The notes beneath the pieces were generated by a model that saw only the letters and a list, made by a program, of their open reading frames with translations, searched no databases and was not told the DNA's origin. From positions 5,905-69,904 of the forward strand of contig JANQLW010000025.1 in NCBI GenBank assembly GCA_028280405.1: 64,000 nt of DNA, read 5' to 3'. Positions within the stretch are counted from its first letter, which is position 1; every line of letters starts with the position of its first letter. This DNA is from Bacteroidales bacterium (GTDB lineage: Bacteria > Bacteroidota > Bacteroidia > Bacteroidales > GCA-2711565). The position numbers and the translations under genes were made by a program. Of the stretch, positions 56,832-64,000 are shown piece after piece.

Positions 56832-59012
56832 ATGGAAAATCTTCGATTAAGAGCAGTTGAAACTACATTTTGCAGGAAACCTGTAAAAATTACTCCACCT
56901 TCCGGAAAGGTATCTGAATACTATGGAAGTCTAACATTTAATAAAAGCGCAATGCGTGAGTTTCTTCCGGTAGATGCTTATGACAATATTATTAATGTTA
57001 TTGAAAGTAATGAAAAGATTAACCGTGGAATGGCTGATCAGATCGCTGCTTCTATGAAAGCATGGGCTTTGTCTAAAGGAGCCACTCACTATACTCACTG
57101 GTTCCATCCATTAACCGGAGCTACCGCTGAAAAACATGATTCCTTTATTCATCCGATTGAAGATGGAAGAGCTATTGAACGTTTTAACGGAAGTGAATTA
57201 ATACAACAGGAACCGGATGCTTCTTCTTTGCCAAGTGGAGGAATCAGAAATACTTTCGAAGCTCGTGGATATACAGCTTGGGACCCTTCTTCTCCGGCAT
57301 TTATCATTGATGATACACTATGTATTCCTACTGTGTTTGTTAGTTATACAGGAGAAGCATTGGATTATAAAACCCCTATGTTGAAAACTGTAGATGCTTT
57401 AAATAAAGCCTGTGTTGATTTTTGCCACTTTTTTGATAGAAACGTAAAAAATACCACAGTAACTCTGGGTGTTGAACAAGAATTCTTCCTTGTTGATGCA
57501 GCTCTTTATGCAGCTCGTCCGGATATTATGCTTACAGGCCGTTCTGTATTTGGACATGCATCTGCAAAAGACCAACAGCTTTCTGATCATTATTTCGGAA
57601 CAATTCCTGAAAGAGTGCGTGAATACATGAAAGATTTGGAAATTGAATCTTATAAATTAGGTATTCCAATCAAGACCCGTCATAATGAGGTGGCACCAAA
57701 TCAGTTTGAGTGTGCACCTGTATTCGAAGAGGTTAACGTGGCTGTTGACCATAACCAATTACTCATGCACTTAATGCAAAAAATTGGTGACAGGCATAAT
57801 TTAAAAGTAATATTACATGAAAAACCATTTAAAGGTGTAAATGGATCCGGTAAACATAATAACTGGTCTGTTATGACTGACAGGGGAGATAATCTTTTAT
57901 CTCCGGGTAAAAATGCAAAATCTAATTTGAGATTTACAGCATTTTTGTCTGTTGTTTTAAATGCCATTAATAAAAACGCTGACTTATTAAGAGCAAGTAT
58001 TGCTTCTGCAGGTAATGAACATCGTTTAGGAGCCCATGAGGCACCTCCCGCTATTATTTCTGCTTTTATCGGTGAACAGTTAACAGCTACTTTAGATATC
58101 ATTGAAAAAACAGGAACACTTAAAAAAGCCAGTAAAAGCGATAATAATATTTTAGTTCCGAAAATTCCGGAAATACTCTTAGATAATACAGATAGAAACA
58201 GAACTTCTCCATTTGCTTTTACAGGAAATAAGTTTGAATTTAGAGCTGTAGGTTCTTCTGCAACATGTGCAAAGCCGATGATTGTGCTTAACCTGATGGT
58301 TGCTGATGAGTTGGCTCGTTTTAACAAAGAAGTAAAAGCTTTAATAAAAAAAGGAGAAAAGAAAGATAAAGCGATCTTTAAAATGGTTCAAAAGTATGTA
58401 AAGGAATCTAAACGAATTCGCTTTGAAGGTAATAACTATGGCGATGACTGGCTGGCCGAAGCTGAAAAAAGAGGCTTGAGCAATGTGGCATGTGTTCCGA
58501 GATCTTTCCAGGCTATGGTTAGTAAAGAGTCTAAAGATCTGTTTGTAAGAAATGGTATTCTTTCTGAAAAAGAAATGGATGCACGCTATTCAATTAATCT
58601 TGAAAACTATACGAAGAAGATTCAAATAGAATCGAGGGTGATGGGTGACCTTTCAACCAATCATATTATTCCTATCGCTATTCGTTATCAAAATACCTTG
58701 ATAGAAAATGCCATTGGTTTGAAACAGGTACTGGATGAAAAAACCTATAATAGTATTTCCAGAAATCAGGTTAGAACCATCAAGGATATCTCTGAGCATA
58801 TTTCTGAAATAAAGAAAAATGTTGAACTAATGTTAAGTGAAAGAAAAATTGCTAACAGATTGGAAGGAGATGAAGAAAAAGCACTTGCATACAGTGATAA
58901 AGTAATGCCTTATTTCCCTATTATACGTCGTCATGTTGATAAACTGGAATTATTGGTAGATGATAAATTATGGCCATTGCCAAAATATAGAGAATTGCTA
59001 TTTATGAAATAA
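56832..59012 (+). CDS. glnA: Glutamine synthetase, type III
   Basis: 726 aa (type III length). HEVAPNQFE and NGSGKHNNWS catalytic-region motifs. Confidence 0.93.
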   Translation: MENLRLRAVETTFCRKPVKITPPSGKVSEYYGSLTFNKSAMREFLPVDAYDNIINVIESNEKINRGMADQIAASMKAWALSKGATHYTHWFHPLTGATAEKHDSFIHPIEDGRAIERFNGSELIQQEPDASSLPSGGIRNTFEARGYTAWDPSSPAFIIDDTLCIPTVFVSYTGEALDYKTPMLKTVDALNKACVDFCHFFDRNVKNTTVTLGVEQEFFLVDAALYAARPDIMLTGRSVFGHASAKDQQLSDHYFGTIPERVREYMKDLEIESYKLGIPIKTRHNEVAPNQFECAPVFEEVNVAVDHNQLLMHLMQKIGDRHNLKVILHEKPFKGVNGSGKHNNWSVMTDRGDNLLSPGKNAKSNLRFTAFLSVVLNAINKNADLLRASIASAGNEHRLGAHEAPPAIISAFIGEQLTATLDIIEKTGTLKKASKSDNNILVPKIPEILLDNTDRNRTSPFAFTGNKFEFRAVGSSATCAKPMIVLNLMVADELARFNKEVKALIKKGEKKDKAIFKMVQKYVKESKRIRFEGNNYGDDWLAEAEKRGLSNVACVPRSFQAMVSKESKDLFVRNGILSEKEMDARYSINLENYTKKIQIESRVMGDLSTNHIIPIAIRYQNTLIENAIGLKQVLDEKTYNSISRNQVRTIKDISEHISEIKKNVELMLSERKIANRLEGDEEKALAYSDKVMPYFPIIRRHVDKLELLVDDKLWPLPKYRELLFMK

Positions 59013-59095
59013 TATCGATTTAAATTCAAGTGATTTATTCGCAATTGAAAAATTGAACTGCAATTACTATATAAAAAAATCAGTATTTTTGATAT

Positions 59096-59413
59096 GTGAA
59101 TAAAACGAATGAAATATTATTGATGATTAAAAAATCAGTGATTGCTTCTGAACCAAATGCAACAATAATTGTTTATGGTTCATATGCAAGAGGGGAGAAT
59201 CGTAAAGATTCAGATGTTGACTTATTAATTCTTTTGGAAAGAGACAAAATTACCAGGGAAGAAGAGAAAAAGGTTAAATATCCTCTTTACGAAATTGAAT
59301 TCGAGACTGGACAAATTATAAGCCCTCTTGTTTTATCCAGAAGTGATTGGGAAACAAGACATCGAATTACTCCTTTTTATAAAAATGTTAAAAAGGAAGG
59401 AATTGTTTTATGA
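59096..59413 (+). CDS. Minimal nucleotidyltransferase (MNT) domain protein
   Basis: 105 aa. GSYARGENRKDSDVDLLIL (GS...DxD) motif. The stop overlaps the next ATG (ATGA). Confidence 0.8.
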   Translation: MNKTNEILLMIKKSVIASEPNATIIVYGSYARGENRKDSDVDLLILLERDKITREEEKKVKYPLYEIEFETGQIISPLVLSRSDWETRHRITPFYKNVKKEGIVL

Positions 59414-59666
59414 ATGAAATTGAGAGAAAAGAACTCGTATTTTATTTTCACAAACACATGCTGGTGTTAGACAAATGTTCGGGTTACATTTTATTAAATC
59501 AGAATTGATTTCTAAAGAACTTGGTAAATTTTATTCAGACATATTTGACAAAAGACAAATAGGTGATTATGATGATTTTCTTGATTATACAGAAGATGAT
59601 TTAGATGGACTTATAGAACCTGCGAAGGAACTTATTTTAAAAATTGAAGAATTATTGGATACGTAG
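59410..59666 (+). pseudogene. Decayed HEPN-domain partner of the MNT gene (internal deletion plus frameshift)
   Basis: ATG at 59410 gives MNEIERKELVFYFHKHMLVLDKCSGYILLNQN*. A second frame reads FSQTHAGVRQMFGLHFIKSELISKELGKFYSDIFDKRQIGDYDDF...ELILKIEELL (HEPN C-terminal two thirds, contains track ORF 59475..59666). The N-terminal helices are missing. Confidence 0.6.
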
Positions 59667-59706
59667 GCAAATACTAAATCGAATTCACTAATTAAAATAA
59701 AATGAT

Positions 59707-60897
59707 ATGAAATTCAGCTTTCTTAAATACATTCAGAATATTGGTTCGATAATGATTCTAATTATCGGAATTTTATGTATCCCTGATATGGTTAATGCAC
59801 AAATTAGGGTTACCCATGTAGATGGGCGTAATGGTGCGATTGACCGCGAAGGCTTATTTTATTCATTGCCCCAAACTCATTTAAAAGTAGAAGTGGTTAT
59901 TGAAAGAACTGAAAAGATTGCCGGGCCATTAGCTGCTTATGCTGAGAAATATCTCGGGGTTAGTGGAATATTACAAAATAATCAGGTGAGTTATGCCATT
60001 AAGGATGTACGCTTAAGTTCTTATATTCAACCCGATCCTGCACATTTATATTATGTGCAGATTGATAAAAAATCAAAAGAAAACAAAGAAATCGGAATTT
60101 CGTTGAATGAAGCTGGAATTTTATTAGGTGTAAATACTCCCGTTACTGATGATAGAGAAATTTTGGAAGATGTTGAGATGAAAGTGAAATCCGGAAAGAA
60201 AAAAGACTATTTCAGCTATTTTTCAGATTATAACTTCTACGAAAAAGTTGATACTGTGGTACGTCGCATCAGTGTAGATACTTTCTCCATTGAAAAGTAT
60301 AAATTCAATACCCGCCTGATCGAGATGAGCCCGGAAATGAAAGCCAAAGAAATCGCTGAAAAACTTGACAAAATAAGAGACGACAGATATTTACTGCTTA
60401 CAGGTTATCAGGAAATCAATTATGGTGAAGGAATGAAATATATGGGTGAAGAATTGAAGAAAATGGAAGCTGCTTATCTCAGTCTGTTTACAGGATATAC
60501 CAAAACAGAATATATTTATAGAAGTTATACCATATTGCCGACGGTAGATAAAATAGGAAAAAGCATTCCGGTATTTAAATTTTCTGCCAGTCAGGGTATA
60601 GGAAGCAGTGGTTCTAATGTTTCTTTAATGATAAGAGCAAATGAATTAACAAAGAATATTACCAGATTTTTAACTACTGCACCTATTGAACAAACAACCC
60701 GGACAGGCTTTTTCTACAGGGTTCCTGAACATGCAGATGTGCAATTAGTGTATAACGGAAGAGAGTTGAAGAAAGATGCTTTTGTTTTTGGACAGTTTGG
60801 GCATGTAGCCAGAACTACTTCTTTAGATGCAATCATTGAATTCCACCCAACAACCGGAGGAGTTAAGCAGATGAAGATTCTTCCAGAGGAAAAATAG
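59707..60897 (+). CDS. Hypothetical secreted protein (DUF4831-like)
   Basis: 396 aa. Signal peptide. The family call is from memory. Confidence 0.6.
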   Translation: MKFSFLKYIQNIGSIMILIIGILCIPDMVNAQIRVTHVDGRNGAIDREGLFYSLPQTHLKVEVVIERTEKIAGPLAAYAEKYLGVSGILQNNQVSYAIKDVRLSSYIQPDPAHLYYVQIDKKSKENKEIGISLNEAGILLGVNTPVTDDREILEDVEMKVKSGKKKDYFSYFSDYNFYEKVDTVVRRISVDTFSIEKYKFNTRLIEMSPEMKAKEIAEKLDKIRDDRYLLLTGYQEINYGEGMKYMGEELKKMEAAYLSLFTGYTKTEYIYRSYTILPTVDKIGKSIPVFKFSASQGIGSSGSNVSLMIRANELTKNITRFLTTAPIEQTTRTGFFYRVPEHADVQLVYNGRELKKDAFVFGQFGHVARTTSLDAIIEFHPTTGGVKQMKILPEEK

Positions 60898-60906
60898 TAA
60901 ACGATA

Positions 60907-61050
60907 CATTTCGACTTCGCTACGCTTTGCTGCACTCAATGGCCCTTCCGGTCACTGAGCCTGTCAAAGTGCGGTCACCGAGCTTGTCGAGGGGCATTTC
61001 GAGTCCACTGCGTTCCGCTCAATGACCGGGTCGCTGAGCCTGTCGAAGCG
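60907..61050. repeat. GC-rich composite repeat: two ~60-bp units, each ending in a ~22-nt GGTC(A/G)CTGAGCCTGTC(A/G)AAG(T/C)G hairpin module, plus a third module between them
   Basis: Unit 1 is 60907-60972 and unit 2 is 60995-61050, both starting CATTTCGA. Modules lie at 60950-60971, 60973-60994 and 61029-61050. The G+C is far above the surrounding DNA. The element sits between convergent gene ends. Confidence 0.85.
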
Positions 61051-61108
61051 TGAACCTGCCTTCCGCACGTTTTTCGGGCATAACTCATAGCACTTTCAAT
61101 TTAAGCGC

Positions 61109-61504
61109 TTATTCTTTCTCATATTTTTCGCCACATCCCTCTATACAGGGAAAGTTTATGATTAAATAATTGTCGACAATATCAAATCTAATACCAAGTG
61201 GGTTAGGTTGACAATCATTTCCACTTATTTTTTTTGTGACAATTGAATAAGTACCTGTAAAACCTTCATTTGTTTCTATTGATAAATTACAAAGAGGGCC
61301 GTTGGATTTTACGGTACCATTGGCTAAAAATTCTACATATTTCTCACTGGTAACAGGATTATACGTTCCGCTGCCATCTCCCGGATCTGCATATACTTCA
61401 ATTAAATTCCATTTCCCAATAAGTTGGTTCTGAAATGTATTTGGTTCTTCTTTACTGCAAGAAACAAATAAAATAGTAATAATGATGTAAATAACTTTTC
61501 TCAT
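61109..61504 (-). CDS. Small lipoprotein (lipocalin-like?)
   Basis: 131 aa. Lipobox ILFVSC. GKWNLIEVY pattern common in lipocalin-like lipoproteins. Weak product call. Confidence 0.55.
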   Translation of the reverse strand: MRKVIYIIITILFVSCSKEEPNTFQNQLIGKWNLIEVYADPGDGSGTYNPVTSEKYVEFLANGTVKSNGPLCNLSIETNEGFTGTYSIVTKKISGNDCQPNPLGIRFDIVDNYLIINFPCIEGCGEKYEKE

Positions 61505-61640
61505 AGTTTGATAGACTGGTTTATTGGTAAGATGAGAAAGTAACTTAATAGGTTGCTGGCATTTACAAAAAAATACAATTTATTTAGAAAAAAACATTGT
61601 CTCATTCTTAAAATAACGTAAGTTTGATGAAAAAGATTTA

Positions 61641-61678
61641 CTGTTTCATTGTTTCACTGTTCTATTGTTATATTGTTT
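61641..61678. repeat. ATTGTT/CTGTTTC short tandem repeats (reverse complement of the AACAAT family at 47049-47117)
   Basis: ctgtttc attgtttc actgttc tattgtt atattgtt, read directly. Confidence 0.7.
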
Positions 61679-61860
61679 TTGCCACCACTTATGCACTTTC
61701 AAACAATTGAGTAGCTCAACAATGTAACAATTGATCAATAAAATCTGCCTGGCGGCAGGAACTTGGGCCAATTTTAATAAACCCGGTTTAGACCGAACTC
61801 ATGTTAAAATAAATTGAGCAGGCAGCAATTAGATCATTTTTAAATTCCCTAATTTTCAAA

Positions 61861-62673
61861 TTAAACAATAGCTTTACGTATACGGGTAAGCATTTGCAGT
61901 AAATCTTCCACTCTTTCAAGCAACAACATATTTGCTCCATCCGATTTTGCTACAGAAGGATCAGGATGTGTTTCCATAAAGATACCATCTGCACCTGCAG
62001 CAATACCTGCCTGGGCAATAATATTGATGAGCTCAGGTTGCCCTCCGGTAATTCCGGTTTCCTGATTAGGTTGTTGAATCGAATGTGTAATATCTACTAA
62101 AACAGGATATTCATTTCTTTGCATAATGGGAATACTTCGAAAATCTACTATTAGATCTTGATAGCCAAATGAAGACCCCCTTTCAGTTAATATAATTTTA
62201 TCATTTTTTGATTTGGTTATCTTTTCAATCACATATTTCATGGACTCAGGAGATAAAAACTGGCCTTTTTTTACATTGATGTATTTTCCCGTTAAAGCTG
62301 CAGCTACCAGCAAGTCTGTTTGCCGACAAAGAAAAGCAGGAATTTGTAGTGCATCTACATATTCTGCTGCTACTACAGCTTCAGATTCTGTGTGAATATC
62401 AGTAATGGTTGGAACATGATATTCCTTTCCTATTCTTTCCAGTATCTTTAAGCCTTCAAAGTCGCCAACCCCCGTAAAGGAGTCCAAACGGGAACGATTG
62501 GCTTTTTTATAAGAAGCTTTATAAATTAAAGGGATTTCATATTTATCACATACCCGTGTTAGTTTATCGGCTATAATGAATGGTATTTCATCATCTTCAA
62601 TGATAGATGGACCGGCAATTAGAAAGAAATTGTTCGAGTCCTGGTATTTCAGTTTTTCAATTTTTGGTATCAT
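61861..62673 (-). CDS. kdsA: 3-deoxy-8-phosphooctulonate (KDO-8-P) synthase
   Basis: 270 aa. YKASYKKANRS, QIPAFLCRQTDL, VKKGQFL, DITHSIQ and ETHPDP are characteristic KdsA motifs. Confidence 0.93.
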   Translation of the reverse strand: MIPKIEKLKYQDSNNFFLIAGPSIIEDDEIPFIIADKLTRVCDKYEIPLIYKASYKKANRSRLDSFTGVGDFEGLKILERIGKEYHVPTITDIHTESEAVVAAEYVDALQIPAFLCRQTDLLVAAALTGKYINVKKGQFLSPESMKYVIEKITKSKNDKIILTERGSSFGYQDLIVDFRSIPIMQRNEYPVLVDITHSIQQPNQETGITGGQPELINIIAQAGIAAGADGIFMETHPDPSVAKSDGANMLLLERVEDLLQMLTRIRKAIV

Positions 62674-62716
62674 GTTTTTGGGATAGGTGCTAAATCAAAG
62701 ATAGCATATTTTTAAC

Positions 62717-63997
62717 CTATTTCTTAGGATTATGAGGGAAAAATAATTTAACATTTGTTTCCTTGCCTTCATCAGATTCTATGGTGATTTTTCCGTGATG
62801 CAGCTTCATGATTTGTTTACATAAACTTAAGCCTATCCCGTTTCCTTCATCCTTATTTGTAAAAAAGGGAATGAATACTTTATCAAGTTGTTCTTTGGGA
62901 ATACCGATGCCATTGTCCTTTATTTGTAGACAAACACTGTTTGCGGGTTTGTCTAATGAAACGGAAATGCTAATAATACCTTTTTCATCTTCAATAGCTT
63001 CTATGGCATTTTTTATAATGTTTATTAATGTCTGTTCCAACATCCCTTTGTCGGCATATATAGATTTAATTTTCTTAGTATGCTGTAAATCGAATTCTAT
63101 ATTCTTTTGGAATAGTTCATTTTTATAAAATACTTTCAGATTATTAAAGATATCCTGGAGGATCACATGTACAAATATAGGCTGGGGGAGTTTACTTAAT
63201 TTTTTGTATTCGTTTGTAAAGTGCAGCAATCCCTTACTTCTGTCATGGATGGCATGAATTCCATCTTTTAAGTTTTGAATATCAATTTTTTTGCCCGATC
63301 TTAATCCTTCGTCCAAAGTAGAACTTAAAGAAACAATAGGGCTTACGGAATTCATGATTTCATGGGTCAGTACCCGAATTAGCTTTTGGTAGGATTCCAA
63401 TTCCTTGGTATCTAACTCGTTTTGAATATTCTTTACCGTTATAAGTTTGTATTCCTGTTCTTTTAATTTATAAATACCGGCATTTACAGATAAATCGATA
63501 TAATGATTTCCAATAAGCAAACTGAATAACTTATTCTCCATATGTTGCATTTCAGTGATTAGCTTAACGAACTTTCTATCCAGTTTATTTATAGAATGTG
63601 ATTTTGTTAGATAAGGTTTGTCAAATAGATCTTTGAATGCTTTATTTACCAAATGGATCTCATTATCAGAATTAACAGAAATAATTCCAATATCCATATG
63701 CTCTATAAGGGTTTGTAAATGTTGATAATGCATTTCCCTTTCAAAATTGATGGACTTGAATTTTTTGTTTAATTGTTCAAAGCTTTTGTATAAATCCTGG
63801 AAACTTTGCCCTTTGAAAGAGGAAGTATAATTTGAACTAAAATCATTATGTGCTATGGAGTTCAGAAAACTTGTAAAATCAACATTGGTTTTATTTACAT
63901 AGGAAATGAATTCAATAAGCTGAAGAACAAGTATAATAAATCCAAAAGCCGATTTAATATATTCTGTATTCAAGAATAAATATATGGATAGCGCCAT
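62717..63997 (-). CDS. Sensor histidine kinase (TM/PAS-like + HisKA + HATPase_c), probably continuing beyond the right window edge
   Basis: At least 426 aa. H-box LTHEIMNSVSPI. N-box IIKNAIEA. G-boxes IKDNGIGIP and GNGIGLSL. The ORF start lies 3 nt from the window end, so the N-terminus is uncertain. Confidence 0.85.
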   Translation of the reverse strand: MALSIYLFLNTEYIKSAFGFIILVLQLIEFISYVNKTNVDFTSFLNSIAHNDFSSNYTSSFKGQSFQDLYKSFEQLNKKFKSINFEREMHYQHLQTLIEHMDIGIISVNSDNEIHLVNKAFKDLFDKPYLTKSHSINKLDRKFVKLITEMQHMENKLFSLLIGNHYIDLSVNAGIYKLKEQEYKLITVKNIQNELDTKELESYQKLIRVLTHEIMNSVSPIVSLSSTLDEGLRSGKKIDIQNLKDGIHAIHDRSKGLLHFTNEYKKLSKLPQPIFVHVILQDIFNNLKVFYKNELFQKNIEFDLQHTKKIKSIYADKGMLEQTLINIIKNAIEAIEDEKGIISISVSLDKPANSVCLQIKDNGIGIPKEQLDKVFIPFFTNKDEGNGIGLSLCKQIMKLHHGKITIESDEGKETNVKLFFPHNPKK

Positions 63998-64000
63998 TAA

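Overview
This is an AT-rich chromosomal segment. Spot counts on 60-nt lines give roughly 27-33% G+C over most of it. Gene content points to a Bacteroidota-like organism (inference): type III glutamine synthetase, kdsA, LytTR and membrane-AraC regulators, many signal-peptide or lipoprotein hydrolases, and almost no Shine-Dalgarno sites. I support about 60 CDS, three tRNAs (Pro-TGG, Ser-GCT, Lys-TTT), one small SRP RNA, several hairpin terminators, and several gene remnants. I found no rRNA, CRISPR array, integrase or transposase.

Housekeeping blocks:
- sucC and a lolD-like ABC ATPase.
- A nucleotide-sugar block (phospho-sugar mutase, rfbD-like, UDP-xylose synthase, ugd).
- tsaC.
- Two glycosyltransferases plus a complete GDP-D-glycero-alpha-D-manno-heptose pathway set (hddA, gmhA, hddC, gmhB).
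- glnA type III and kdsA.

The stretch from about 21.3 to 42 kb looks accessory.

The main hunt result is a 7.6-kb segment (about 29.43-37.04 kb) bracketed by related ~37-bp direct repeats. It carries five same-strand genes that overlap or abut:
- a 760-aa protein built only of DNA-binding modules;
- a 64-aa charged protein;
- a 697-aa DndD-like SMC/ABC ATPase;
- a 524-aa protein with a DndE-like N-terminus fused to an FtsK/HerA-type P-loop ATPase;
- an AlbA_2/HATPase_c_4-type gene interrupted by one in-frame TAG.

No DndA, DndB, DndC, DptFGH or Ssp partners are nearby. I read this as a candidate uncharacterised Dnd-derived DNA-surveillance or defence cassette that works without phosphorothioation. 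That reading is inference and needs profile searches and experiments.

Other points:
- A high-GC two-gene patch (about 7.6-9.8 kb) with strong SD sites and tandem palindromic operators.
- Recurring heptanucleotide arrays.
- A GC-rich repeat island with covarying hairpins.
- A decayed MNT-HEPN module.

Hand-derived coordinates (RNAs, repeats, remnants) are good to about +/-2 nt. CDS coordinates follow the supplied ORF track.
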